Shown: positions 12,251 through 27,200 of the stretch, in pieces
Layout: each line of letters opens with the position of its first letter
Numbering within the stretch: the first letter of the stretch is position 1
DNA from: Antedon mediterranea
Lineage: Eukaryota; Animalia; Echinodermata
Length of the DNA: 64,000 nucleotides
NCBI RefSeq assembly: GCF_964355755.1
Contig: NC_092672.1
Coordinates: 1,054,001-1,118,000, forward strand
Direction of reading: 5' to 3'
Made by a program: the position numbers and the translations under genes
Notes under the pieces: generated by a model
Database searches by the model: none
Told to the model about the DNA's origin: nothing
What the model saw: only the letters and a program-made list of their open reading frames with translations

Positions 12251-15200
12251 TCAAGAATAAATGGCTCTGACACAAAACGTTTCTTCATTTTTATCAAATT
12301 CATCGTTGATAAAAATCAAAATCTCAGTGCTACCACCCTGGTGACTTGGTGAAAACCGTAACCCTAAGGTACAGGTTTCTCCACCTCCAAGCTGCAAAAA
12401 CAAAACAATTTTTTTCAAACAAACAGTCAAAATCAACAACTATTCTCAAATTGTATATATTTATACACTCTTCTTTCTTAAACACTGTCTACACTTTCAA
12501 ACATTATGTGACAAAAAATGTTCATATAGACATGATGTCATATCACTACCATAGGCACGTCACAGTTTTTTTGTTTAAACTAGTTTGATAGTGTAGACAG
12601 AGCTTCAGAAAGATTGACCTTACTTCAATTCTTGTTTCTCTAAACTGTAGAAGGTCATCTCTGTTGCATCGGATGTTGAACACCTTCTTTTGTGGGTAAG
12701 GATTTTTGTAGGTGATTCTCTGAAAAAAATTTGGAAAGCAGTTGAAATACGTTAGTAACATCTTGTTGGAGATCAATACTGAAAAAAAATGTCCCTACTA
12801 CATTTCCTAAACAGTCCATACTACACCTCTATCAACCACTATTCCTACATATTCTGCCACATTACAGTACAAATAAAAGTTTGTGTATGTACCTTATTTG
12901 AGCCTTTCCCTCCTCCAATAGGCAATTGTAGTTCAAAAGCCTTTGTGATGATTGGTTGTCTGCATGATACGCATACCAACCATGAGCGAATCAGCTGATG
13001 GTACTCGTTGTCTAGCAACAGTAGTTAAGGTTAAATGCATAGTAGTACATAACATCAAATTAAAATAGGTCTATATTAATTAAGACATTGACAGATGAAT
13101 TATTTCAGTAATCAAGCAAACTAAGTTTATAAATAAAGCTAAGATTATAAATGCAATTTTCAAGAGACAAAATAAGTTAATCAGAGATGGCAAGTTGTAT
13201 ACCCTTAGAATTATTGTTCATATTACCATTAGCATGAGCATTATCTGTGATATTTTCAAATGAAAAATTAGTGTTATTTTCAGACCATTAAAAGGATACC
13301 GACAACATTAACATACATAAACTTGCTGCCAACAGCCATAGGACGAACACCTACATGAATCTCATGTACTGAGTTGGCCAACAACATGAATGGCTCAACA
13401 GGAGCTATCTGCATCTCCAAAGTGTGGGAGGAGAAAGCCTGCACCAGCCGTGATGCTTGAGTGCCTCTGAGAATCAATGAAAATCTGCTGGTTTGCCCTT
13501 CTACTGAATTCACATCCACCCTCTGAAGTGAATGTATGTAGAACTGCCAGGTTTGTAGAGGTCGTGATAGATAAGGGGTACTGGTGAAAAACAAATTTAC
13601 TACTATAATTCACAGAGTAAATAAATAAAGAAAATAACATATAACTCTTAAACAATTGATACTTACGAATATATTAAAACAAAGAACTTTTTTATCTCAG
13701 GTGAGCTTCCACAGGCTACTTTTAAAAAGACATCTTGAGGCTCCCCAGGTGACTGGAAAAATGTAAATGAAAAACATTACTAAACATGACACATGAAAAC
13801 ACACATGAATATAACATTAGTACAGTCATACTCATTTTATTGTGCTAAACATCATTAACTTACCACATTACGGGTACTGCAAATAACATTGTCATCACTA
13901 CATTTAACATACAATTTCTCAAGCCCTGGTCCACTAACAGGCACACCTGTTGACAACAACGCATTATTGAAGATTAAAATAATTAAAAAAATTACAGACA
14001 TGCTTTAAGCTCTGTCTATATTAGCAAACTAATTATTATTATGTGATGTGCCTATATATGACCATGAAGATGTCATAACACTTCCATATTTAAGCATATC
14101 ACTACTATATTTGGGCACATCACACTTTTTTTTTTCAAACTAGTTTGATAGTGTGGACAGAGCGTTAGATTGGCAGATGATCGTATACCTGGTAAATTCT
14201 GGAATGGTGGCAGTCTAATGCTCTTTTTTAAGAAGGAATGTTCCGGATGATGAAATCGGAATGTTTGGTCCAAGACGTGAGGCTGAGGTTCTACTTGAAG
14301 ACTTAAGACAGCGATGGATTTGTCGTCTTGTGTCTTGAAGTGCACTTTAAGTACTTTGGATTTTAGGGTCAGGTCTACTTTTTTTTCGTCGTATGGTGTT
14401 TGAATTTTAAATTGCGGTTTGATATCTTCATCTGGACCCTGAAATAGAAAAAACAAAAAATTACCTACACCCTCTAATAACATTAACTACACCTAATTCT
14501 AAAATTATCTCAACTCTAACAAAAAGCAAATTTTTAAACAACAAGGATACAATCTCCTCACAACACCAACTAGTTCGTCGAACATGTTGTTTCTTTTAAC
14601 TGAAAAATCAGGACTTGCCTGTTCTCCACACAAACATCGTAAAACTAAATAAAATTGCAAAGAATCACACTTACCTGTGGATTAACTGAATGGTTAGCCT
14701 GAAAACTCTGGTACTTAAACGGCACATTCACTTTCTCCTTTGGTCTAAGAAATATCTGAATACCAGGAATATCCCCCTTCTTATCTTGAGTGTTAAACAT
14801 GTTCTCTTCCATCGGGGTGTACGTCTCAAAAAGCTGCTTAAAGTGACGCCACTCTCGAGGCTCTGTTATCACACTAAATAATAATACCAAACATAGATAT
14901 ACAATTCAGTGGATTATTAAGTACCACTACAAGGAATTGACAATACACCTTCACAAGTTCAAATTCAAAATCAAACTTATATAGTGTACACCCTCGTTAA
15001 AAATAGATATGGTTGTAATTCATTGAATTATTAGGGAATTATTGGCAACAGTGAGTACACCTACCTAAGTTCTGTATCCTCAATTTGTATAGAGATTGTA
15101 TGATCTACATTATATGGATTCTTAAGTACAAACTCAAAAAACTCAGCATGTCCAAATGACGGATGAACTGTGTGTTCCGTTGTAATCACCGATTGCAGCA

Positions 15201-18200
15201 TGTTCAGAATATTCTCTTTCTTTGTTCGATCTCTGCAAAAAGAAAATTTCAGATGAGTATAACATACTATATAACACCTAAGTAAATTCCTGTCATTTGA
15301 TTGGACGATTGTGGGTCACATGGCGTGCAAGAGTACGCGCTATTAAATACATAACCGGCAACTTTAGTATTAAAGTTAACTTTCTCATTCAAAACACAAG
15401 ATATCAATCAGTTAAAAATACTAAACATCGCAGGTATAAAATGTGTTTGTTGGTGTACATAACAAACTTTATCACAAAATTAAAACTTCAAAAAGACATC
15501 TGATTTCCGTAAAGCTCTGTCTACATTATTAACTAGTTTAACAAAAAAAGTGTGATGTGCCTAAATACGGTAGTGATATGACATCATCATGTCCATATAT
15601 GGTCACAAAGTTTGATAGTGTAGACAGAGCTTAACATAAAAATACCAGTAGTAACCAACCTGTACAGCTCAATGGTTCTCAGGTCACGATTCCTCTGAAT
15701 TCTCTCTTCTTTTTTAAGCTAAAATATTGAAAATAGAATAAAAAGAATTAACCTAAAGTGACAATTACATTCACAAATGTACTTTTGCCATTATTAATTT
15801 GTTTTTTTATTAAGGGTGAGCAAACGCTGACAACCAAGGAGCCTAAAAAGTACAAAATTCACAAAATAAAAACAAACCACAAATTTTAATTAAAATTCAA
15901 AATTAAAATAAGTCCAAATCTTTAAAATAATGTTTTCTTCTGGTTTTATTAAATATATGAATAACAGGTCGAAACTTTGCACACATACATATATATTACT
16001 GATACAAAAAGAATTACATTTAAGTTCAAATCTGTTCATATATTTACACTGTAAATATATGAATCAAAATATTTAAATGGTGACAATAAAAAATAAAAAT
16101 TAAAAATATTACCAGAACCGATTTTGAAGTTCCATTTGATGCATTATCAAGTTGCCGCAACGCTTTCATTCGTGCTAACTTGCGTTGCTTCACAGCATCA
16201 CTCTCACGGTTTGATTCCTGAACAGCTTTATCCTGTCGTGAGAAAAGGGCCGAGGCCAGCTCGCGGTCCTTTTCTGTCATGTGAGATGCACGATAGCTCC
16301 GCTTCTGCTGTAAGCTAGCTAATCCTTGGCCTACAAAATAGATAAATTCAGACAATCACAATTCATTTATTAGAGTAGAAAGTTGCAGTGTGTGTTGTCC
16401 ACACCTGTGTACAATTCAGCCCAGTAGGCTGCAGGTTATTCCACATATTACCATAACCCTGATGGAATGGTGTCTTATTTTGTATGTTACTAATAATATA
16501 AAAGCAAGCTGAATTCAAAACTTGATGAATACTTTTAAATTCAAATATTTTTATAGCTGGGTCAAAGTTCAAGCAGGACGTGCATAAAATGCAAGTTTCA
16601 AATATTGTAATAATAAGACAATTGAGAAAGCCTATGAAATAAGAATTAGAACTGATAAAGCGCATTATATCCATAGAGCACTATCAAGTAGTACACACAC
16701 AAAAATGTTACAATTGTGAAAAGCCTACAATGTACACAACAAGTAAATAACACAATAAGTATAATAACATCTGATTAAGTATTTATAATAACGAAAGACC
16801 TTACATAATAAAACCACAACAATTTAAACATCAACAAAATAAATAAAAATGAACAGATATTTATGAAATTGATAACTAGTGTTTGCACCATACAAAGCAC
16901 AAACCTGCTATAGTTTTGGACATCTTAAATTCCTTAACCTCTTCTGGAAAATAATATTCATAATTTTGTTTTACACAAACTCACACTTTCACAAGAATTT
17001 AATATGATAATCGTCAATCAATGTTCAATTTCCAAAAATAGTTGGCGGAGGCCTAGTGGAACTATGTTGACACTATCGGACAACAATGGACCTTAAAGGG
17101 AAATGAAAGTTGTTGTATATGTAACCTCTAGTTCTCTAGATGTAAATGGTATAAAACACGGTATAAATGTAAAATTCATTAAATATTATTATGGTTTGGA
17201 AAACCAGTCAAAACCTCAAATCAAGGTTAAATTAGTGTCAATTATGCTTGGTTCTCCCTAGCGACGCAACACAAGGATGCAACGCAATCTAAGTGACTTG
17301 ACCAATCACAAGCGATTGATCGAACTGTCACTTATCAATTTGTTGCGTTGCGTCTCTAGTGGAAAGCACCAAGCTTCAGAGTACACTTACCTGATTGTCT
17401 AATTCCAGCATTGAGACTTCCTCCGAGGAAAGCTCCACTGCCATCTTCTTGAACTATCACCTTGCTTTCTTTCAACGTGTGATTTGTCAATTTTTGCCTC
17501 TTGGTGTCTGGCATGTGGCCAACATTTGCTAGTCTCAGGTGCAGACGTCCTTTGAGGATTGTTTGAACTCCTATGGCACGAACACTACCTCCTCTTGTCT
17601 GTGGAAAGAAAAATGAATACATATTTCTCTGGTCTACCATTCATTTCTTCTCTAAAGCTCTGTCTACACTATCAAAATAGTTTGATAAAAAAAATGTGAT
17701 GTGCCCAAATATGGTAGTGAAATCCTCAAATATGGTAGTGATATGACATCATCATTTTTTGTCACATAAAGTTTGAGAGAAGGCTTAAGAAACTTAAAAT
17801 AAACTAAGCATTAATACTTACAAGGTCACCTGTCATTGGTGGAGAATCGTCGCTGTATTCTGTTGTAATGATGTCAACCTCGTGACTAACCTGTACAGAT
17901 TCACGACCACACCGAAGAAGATGCTGCAACAAGATTAACAAAATAATCCAAATTATGACACAAGTCGCTAGAACAAATGTCCTATTGTAATTTTAGGTGG
18001 CTATGATCATTATGCACACGTAAACAAGATATTTCTCACAAGTCAATACATAAATTTCATTTGGTATTCAGTTAGAAAGGAGAATTGTAAATGTAAATGG
18101 TGATTCTGCTTTTAGCCTGAACTTAGCAACAGTTAAGAATTGTAGTGGAGCTGTAGCTTGGTGGTTATCCCAAGGTCCAGGGTTCAATCCTCACTTAAGC

Positions 18201-21200
18201 CTGAGATTTGTTTATAAGCACAATCAATTATAATACAGTTTATCCATCCTGTAATTGGCAAGTTAATGCTCGCTGTTAGATGCCTATGAAATAAAAAAAA
18301 AAAAAATCTGACCTTCAAATCTATTGCACATGACCCAATTAGCAGCAGTGAGTCTCCATCCCAGACGTCTATGTGTAAAGTTTGCTGGTACAGATACTTG
18401 AAGAATAGACTCCCTTCCCCAGACTTCAGGTAAGAAGGGTCTACATTGTATTTAATCTGGAAATAATAATATTACTACTGATGTAACATACAGAAGAGAG
18501 TCCATACAAGCCTCCTGTTGATAGGCCTGGGTGTATACTGGCATGACCATAGTGTTAAAAATGTTAATCCTCGATCGTTCTGGTAAAATTGTCTCTTGCA
18601 TAAGGGTGCCACTGTAAGTTGTCTACCAATACAAAATTTAATTCTAAACATTTTATTTGGGTATATTTTCTGTAAAATAATAAAAATACAAAATGAAAAT
18701 ATCAAAATAATTAAGACTGACTATCCATCCAGGTTTGTTGTCCACAGTGTTCTTGTTGCCTGATATTCTCTGTAGTACACAAGGCAAGGCTTGCGGATCA
18801 GCTGATAACTTGCCTTCCACATCGCCAAGTTGTAATCTAAAAAACAAAACATTACATTTGCCTCGATAAAGTTTTCCAAAATCTATATTTATTAACCATA
18901 CAGTGAAAAATATATGGTCATTATTATAACATGCTTAAGTAGCAGTACTCACCTAGCTGTTGTAACTTGGGGATACCTGTAGAATTGGAATGTAAAGAAC
19001 ACAGTTTTTGGTGTGTTACTCTGTGTCACTTGCGGGAACTGTAACACTCTACATAAAAAAAATGTGTTCTTTCAATAAATGATTATTAAAGTTGAAATAA
19101 AAATAAGTAAACCAACAATTTTGAATGTGTATGTAATATTAATAAAACACAGCAGTGGTACCACGATAGCATGGAACAAACTTCACATCCAATATAAACA
19201 ATATTGAATTCAAAAACTGTTATCACCATTTTTACATCTCAGTACCGATTTTTAATCAACTTACTTCATTTTGTATTATATTTTGTGCTTGTTCCGTACT
19301 GGTGTGTGTTTATGACAAACATCATTTCCAATTTTTATTTTTATAAAATATATTGAACAATAAAGGTTTTTGAATGAAACACAGCAGTGCTATACAATAG
19401 AAACATAAACCTCACAGAAAATCTTCTGATTGGTCAAAGGTCATAGGTTAAATTCTTATTAAAATCAATAACATGATTGTTTGTTAAAATAACTAGAGAC
19501 ATTTAATGAATAGGCAAACTGCCTTAAAATGTAACATGTTTTGAAAAACTCTTCTCATCATCAAAACAGAAAACAAAGCCTAGAATAACATGATTGTTTG
19601 TTAAAACATATAGTTCCATGGTTAAAATAACTATAGTGAGGCATTTAATGAGGCAAACTGCCTTAAAATGTGACATGTTTCTAGAAACTCTTCTCATCAT
19701 CAAAACAGAAAATAATGCCTAGAGTACTTATATACCAATAGTACAGGTTGTATGTAAATGAGGATTGTTTGTTATAATCCAAAAAAAATTTCCAAACATT
19801 TACTATTGTTTTATAAATCATACTGTCAAGTTATAGAAACATTTACTATTGTTTTATAAATCATACTGTCAAGTTATAGAAACATTTACTATTGTTTATA
19901 AATCATACTGTCAAGTTATAGAAACATTTACTATTGTTTTATAAATCATACTGTCAAGTTATAGAAACATTTGCTATTGTTTTATAAATCATACTGTCAA
20001 GTTATAGAAACATTTACTATTGTTTTATAAATCATACTGTCAAGTTATAGAAACATTTACTATTGTTTTATAAATCATACTGTCAAGTTATAGAAACATT
20101 TACTATTGTTTTATAAATCATACTGTCAAGTTATAGAAACATTTACTATTGTTTTATAAATCATACTGTCAAGTTATAGAAACATTTGCTATTGTTTTAT
20201 AAATCATACTGTCAAGTTATAGAAACATTTGCTATTGTTTTATGTATTACACATACAAAAATAAGATTTAGTACCTTGCAAAAGCTAATAACTGAATTAT
20301 AATTTCATTGCATTGTAACTGGTCAGCATTCTCTTTGGCTGGATTGAATGTCACATGATCTAATGGGTCAACAACCTCTGGAGGTTGCCCATGGCGATCC
20401 TTGATGTCTGGGAACCCTGCAGCATAAAGTCTGGCGTACGCTGCACGACTTAGTCCAGGACCGCTATGGGAAACAACAATATACTGATTAAAATGACACA
20501 GAAAATGAATACTGATAATGACAATAATCAATGATTATAATAGCAATGAAAATGTTTACTGATGAGAATGAAGCAAAATAGAGTGATATATCGGTACAGT
20601 AATACCAATGATTAGTGACCTACTAAGAAAAATGATTTTGATAAAAGGACAAAGAATTAGATAACAAATAGAAACAATTTCAATAATTTTTATTGAAATT
20701 TCAAGGACAATGTTTTTGATGGAGAAAAGTAGAATAATCAGAGAGAACAAAAAGAAGGAAAAAAATTAGTAAACAGAGTTTGCTTACCTCTTTTGGTTTG
20801 GTCCCATTGGCATGATAGGAGCATGTACTGGAGTGAAGGGTAGCTCCTCAAGCAAATTAGTAAACAGAGTTTGCTTACCTCTTTTGGTTTGGTCCCATTG
20901 GCATGATAGGAGCATGTACTGGAGTGAAGGGTAGCTCCTCAAGCAAATTAGTAAACAGAGTTTGCTTACCTCTTTTGGTTCGGTCCCATTGGCATGATAG
21001 GAGCATGCACTGGAGTGAAGGGCAGCTCCTCAAGCAAATTAGTAAACAGAGTTTGCTTACCTCTTTTGGTTTGGTCCCATTGGCATGATAGGAGCATGTA
21101 CTGGAGTGAAGGGTAGCTCCTCAAGCAAATTAGTAAACAGAGTTTGCTTACCTCTTTTGGTTTGGACCCATGGGCATGATAGGAGCATGCACTGGAGTGA

Positions 21201-24200
21201 AGGGTAGCTCCTCAAGCAAATTAGTAAACAGAGTTTGCTTACCTCTTTTGGTTTGGTCCCATGGGCATGGTAGGAGCATGCACTGGAGTGAAGGGTAGCT
21301 CCTCAAGCAAATTAGTAAACAGAGTTTGCTTACCTCTTTTGGTTTGGTCCCATTGGCATGATAGGAGCATGCACTGGAGTGAAGGGTAGCTCCTCAAGCA
21401 AATTAGTAAACAGAGTTTGCTTACCTCTTTTGGTTTGGTCCCATGGGCATGATAGGAGCATGCACTGGAGTGAAGGGTAGCTCCTCAAGCAAATTAGTAA
21501 ACAGAGTTTGCTTACCTCTTTTGGTTTGGTCCCATTGGCATGATAGGAGCATGCACTGGAGTGAAGGGTAGCTCCTCAAGCAAATTAGTAAACAGAGTTT
21601 GCTTACCTCTTTTGGTTTGGTCCCATTGGCATGATAGGAGCATGCACTGGAGTGAAGGGTAGCTCCTCAAGCAAATTAGTAAACAGAGTTTGCTTACCTC
21701 TTTTGGTTTGGTCCCATTGGCATGATAGGAGCATGTACTGGAGTGAAGGGTAGCTCCTCAAGCAAATTAGTAAACAGAGTTTGCTTACCTCTTTTGGTTC
21801 GGTCCCATTGGCATGATAGGAGCATGCACTGGAGTGAAGGGTAGCTCCTCAAGCAAATTAGTAAACAGAGTTTGCTTACCTCTTTTGGTTTGGTCCCATT
21901 GGCATGATAGGAGCATGTACTGGAGTGAAGGGTAGCTCCTCAAGCAAATTAGTAAACAGAGTTTGCTTACCTCTTTTGGTTCGGTCCCATTGGCATGATA
22001 GGAGCATGCACTGGAGTGAAGGGTAGCTCCTCAAGCAAATTAGTAAACAGAGTTTGCTTACCTCTTTTGGTTTGGTCCCATTGGCATGATAGGAGCATGT
22101 ACTGGAGTGAAGGGTAGCTCCTCAAGCAAATTAGTAAACAGAGTTTGCTTACCTCTTTTGGTTCGGTCCCATTGGCATGATAGGAGCATGCACTGGAGTG
22201 AAGGGTAGCTCCTCAAGCAAATTAGTAAACAGAGTTTGCTTACCTCTTTTGGTTTGGTCCCATTGGCATGATAGGAGCATGCACTGGAGTGAAGGGTAGC
22301 TCCTCAAGCTGTTCAGCATTCTCAGGTAGTACTGTACTTGCCTAATAAATCAATAAAATAAAATTCTTATATTTATTGATAGGCCTACCCTTTAGATTCA
22401 GACATAACATTCAACAATATATGTTTTACCATAGAACCCAACTTACTTATTTTTCAAGAAGTAAAGCATAACTTTTGTCAGCTTGTGTTGGTGAATGCAT
22501 ATTATATTTAAGGTAACCAGTACATGGGATTAATTAATTATAAGTATACAGTTATGAAACTGAGATGCATGACTGACTACCCAATTGGCAGGGCCTTGTT
22601 TGTGGTATAAAGAATGCAAGTATGACAAATTCATGTGTTTCTGTAAAATGGATGTTTTATCTAAACTCACTCAAATGCAGGACAGTTGGCAACTATAAAT
22701 ATATTTTTGATATTATTTTATTCGCATCTAACGGCAAGAAACTAGCCAATTACAGGATGGATAAAGTATTTTATAATTTATTGTGCTCATTTGAGGCTTG
22801 GGAAGTGGAGTTGAAAGAGTTACGGAGTAATTGTAAGAATACTACCTCAAGGTGGCGTATTTCCATTGGGTGCTTAGGCTGGTACGGATTAGGTTGAATG
22901 CTAGGATACGACTGCTGGTAAGGCTGTGGAGAGCTGCCTAGTCCTGCAGGCATAGTGGGCACAGTAGGAGGGCCTTGGCCCATCTGGGCTGTTTGGTAGG
23001 CTAGTTGTTGTTGTTGGTAATAAGCTTGACTGCCTGAAGTACTGTTACTTCTAAAAAGACCACAAAAACAAATTAATTAATGCTACATTCAAAAATATTA
23101 CAGGATTTGCAATTTTTACAAATCTGATTGCCAGAATCTTGGACAAGTATGATGACCACTTTAAAGCTCTATCTAGTTTGATAAAAATCTAGTTTGATAA
23201 AAAAGTGTGATGTGCCTAAATATGGTAGAGTAATATGCCCAAATACGGTAGTGATATGACATAATCACATCCATACTGTATATAGACACAACATATTTTT
23301 TTATCACATAAAGTTTGATAGTGTAGACAAAGCTTAAGACAATCTTTTCCAACAAGCTTATTCATTTTATCTAACAATTTTGCTATTTCCTGTTTCACTT
23401 TTACAAATTGAGAACCTGCTTTAATTGTTCTAAATAAATAATACAAAATTCACTTAGCAGCCGAGTCTGGGTTGAGAGGATCTTTATTTATTTTGATTTA
23501 ACCTCATTTATAGAGGGTGACCCTAAACAGTGTATGCTGACAATCAAGGGTCTCTCCTGATGAGAGATGATAAGTATCTGTGTGTGACAGAGTCTGTGTA
23601 TATACTAGTACTCGACTTAAAAGATGTACTAGACTCTTTTTACAGTGCACATAGGAATTTACAGATAGGCCCCACATATGATAGAAGATAGTCTGGGCTC
23701 CAGACGGAGTTTTGTAAAAATATAAATATTTTTGCACATATGGCGTTTCATACGTGTATTACTTGAGTTTGGATACTTTCAGACAAAAATCGCGGTCGAA
23801 ATGAAAACAAATAAATTTTTTAAAAAAGACAATAAATACAGACTTGGGGCAAGTCTAGATAGAAGAATGACAGCATTAAATGTACCTATAGGTCCTTGGT
23901 GTAGGCGATCCTTGTCTTGGCAAAGGGGGTCGTGATAAAATCCCTGGTTGCAACTCGCCTACTACCGATCCGTCAGTTGTTGTTTGTGAACGTAACGATT
24001 GCAGAGATGGATACTGCCCTCTATGATCTGATCTTACTGACTGTGGCGGAAAGATTTCATATGATGTATATTTAATTTTAGATTTTAGTAAAAAACATCA
24101 ATTTTAGTTAGAGAATTAAACAAGCTGGTGTTAAAACAATAAAAAACATTTATTATTACATCAAATAAAATATTTTTTAAATGTTAACATTTTGCGTTTT

Positions 24201-27200
24201 TATCATTAAAGTTTACTTTGTAAATATAAATTTTTGAATTGAAATGAAATACAATGAATTAAAAAGGTTAATAATAGAGACATAACTGATAGTAAAATAG
24301 TTGAAAATAGTCAAATGTTAGAAAACCAATGCCTAGACAAAATGTGTGATTAGTGGTTTTAGTATTAACTTTCATTCACCTTTGACCTTTATTTAAAATA
24401 TACATAATCAACTTTTAACAGTTGTTTATTATGAGAAAAACCTAAAGTTTCGTTCTCACTAGCACATAACACAAGGATGTAACGCAACGTAAGTGAGTTG
24501 ACCAATCACAAGCAATGGATTATTTGAACAGTTGCATTTCATTGGTCAACTCGCTTTTCATTAGTCAGCTCGCTTTTATCTATGTCCTTGCGTTCCGTCT
24601 TTAGTGGGAATCAAGCTTAAAGGAAACATGAATTGAGAACAAAATAAAGACAAAACAAAACTTAAAATCACAATGAACAATATATATGAACAATGCACTA
24701 CAAACAGAATGCAGAATAATGGGACTATACAGTACCTCTGGATCCAACTACGCCAACCAAAATGAAATGCAAAAAGAAGGAAAGAAAATAAAATAAATCT
24801 ACTAATAGCAAAGGGAATTGAGTCAATCTCTATAGTTAGAAAGAAAAAATTAACATTTTTATAAATTAATTTTTTATCAAGGCACACAGTTTTATTTTGC
24901 TTAGATGAATAAAGGATGAATTTTGAAGTGTAAAATATTTACTCTTCAATGATTGCTTAATTACAATACTATTTTCTTACCAAATGACCTTTGACCTGCT
25001 GGTCAGATAACAGAGACATGGGTGATGTAGGTCTTGACCCAGCAAGAGTCTAGAAATCAAACAATAAAGTACAGAAGAAAATGCAAAATAAAAAAAAATA
25101 ATATTAAAGCATCTATTCTTGTAAGCAGTAGAACACTGTAGAATAATAAAAGTGATAAAAATAAAATACGAAGCTTCAATTCTGTTAACTCTCCGATAAC
25201 TGGACACCATCGAGCCTGGCTCAAATTTAAAGAGTGAGAAATACTTTATACCTTCAAGAAAGTCTCTGGTATTTGGGAAAGAGTTTTCATGTGTATGGCA
25301 TTCAGGAGGGGAATTTTAGGGTATCTGATTTTTTGGAATGTTTCCATATTTCTGGATGTCCAGTTTTTGGAGCTGGAAATAACACAAAACTGTACTATAA
25401 ACCACCCAAAAAAGCTACTAAACACTCTAGGACACTATCATTTAATACAGATAGTGTATAATAATCATTACAGATAGTGTATATCGTTTAATCACCATAC
25501 CATACTACAATACTAGTAGTAATTGAAGTTACACCTCTACCACCAACAGTGAACCAACATTGAGTGCAAGTGTATTACTTATCACCCTCTATTACAGAAC
25601 ATTATCAAGTGTATTACTTATCACCCTCTATTACAGAACATTATCAAGTGTATTACTTATCACCCTCTATTACAGAACATTATCAAGTGTATTACTTATC
25701 ACCCTCTATTACAGAACATTATCAAGTGTATTACTTATCACCCTCTATTACAGAACATTATCAAGTGTATTACTTATCACCCTCTATTACAGAACATTAT
25801 CAAGTGTATTACTTATCACCCTCTATTACAGAACATTATCAAGTGTATTTTAAGTAAAAATATATAAATAATACTTAAATATGATGAATACCTTTAACTT
25901 GAAGAAAAACTGAATTTGGCCTCCAGCTTTTGGGGAATCTGCCACATCTAAGTCAGGAGGCTTAAACATAAGCATGTTGTCTGGGTTAAGTATGGGACCA
26001 CCTTGAAGTTGAAGTATGACACCAGCTTGGTTCTCTAAGTACACCGGCGACCATGACGCCCATCGTACACATACCTTCATTGTCTGGTTGCGAGTGAAGC
26101 TAGCTGAAAGCTATGAAATATATAGACATAATTGTGAAAGAGTCAAACATAATGCTAAGAGCCAAATGGGCTGAACAAAAAAGAATTTTAAAAAAGGCAG
26201 TAAAAGCGTTCTATATTTCTACTCCTATTTATTATCAATGGGCTTAAACTAAGGTTGTTTAGAGCGTAATAAAATATTAAGAGGGGTATCAATATAAAAA
26301 GACATTTTTTCACTAGAGTATAAAATAATAAAATATTATAACCAAGATGGTCTTATAAGTCTAACCTTTTTATTATCTTGAGCACCAGCCATTGGTATAT
26401 TAAGTATGTACTCTAAGACAAATACAATGGAATACAATGGGTCTTGTACTAGATCTTGTAGTTGTACTTTGTTCTTCATTACTAATGTAGCACCAAGACT
26501 CTCTCTGGCAACAAATTAATACAAATATTATTACAATCCAGAAAATGATTTTAACCGTTTGGCATCATTGATTGGGGAGTTGTTGAGCATAGTTCATTTG
26601 TTAACACAGTATTTAAAGTTTTCTCAAATAAAGTTAAAATAGTGTAAAATTTAAATTTTAAGCAATAAAACATATAAACTGAGAAATTATTTAATTGCCA
26701 ACAAACATAAAAGGTTTCCAATTTCAGATTTTTGTCACCTGTTGTTACTTTAAAGTTATTTCTTGGTCTATATAATTTCTATTTTCAATGTTATCAAAAC
26801 AGATCAACTGGTTGAAACACACCACTAATTATAAAGCTCTGTCTACACTATTAAAACTAGTTTGACAAAAAAAGTGTGATATGCCCAAATATGGTAGTGA
26901 TATGCTTAAATATGGTAGTGATATCACATCATTATGTCCATATATGGCACATCACATTTTTTCGTCACATATAGAAAGCAATAAAACAATCCCAGAATAC
27001 ACCACTACCTTGACCCAGCAGAAGACGGTCTGCCCTTGCTTTTCCTCATACTAGACCTACTCCCTCTGCTGCTGAATGCGTCTGTGTCAAGTAACACAAC
27101 GTGTGGTTTGTTAACATAACCCCAACCGTTGTGAATGCCAATTTGTAGACGTCGTTCAGAGATTGACACTGTGCCAGAATCTGCCTTCAAATCATCCTAA

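Noticed and set aside
13007-13019. X-box-like GTTGTCTAGCAAC (also GTAACCTAGCAAC at ~56035)
   Set aside because: The first overlaps a splice acceptor near the gene's 3' end and the second is an isolated intronic hit; both may be chance matches.
18147-18200. tRNA gene
   Set aside because: It has A/B-box remnants but no complete cloverleaf and is followed by an A-tail, so it is better explained as a SINE.
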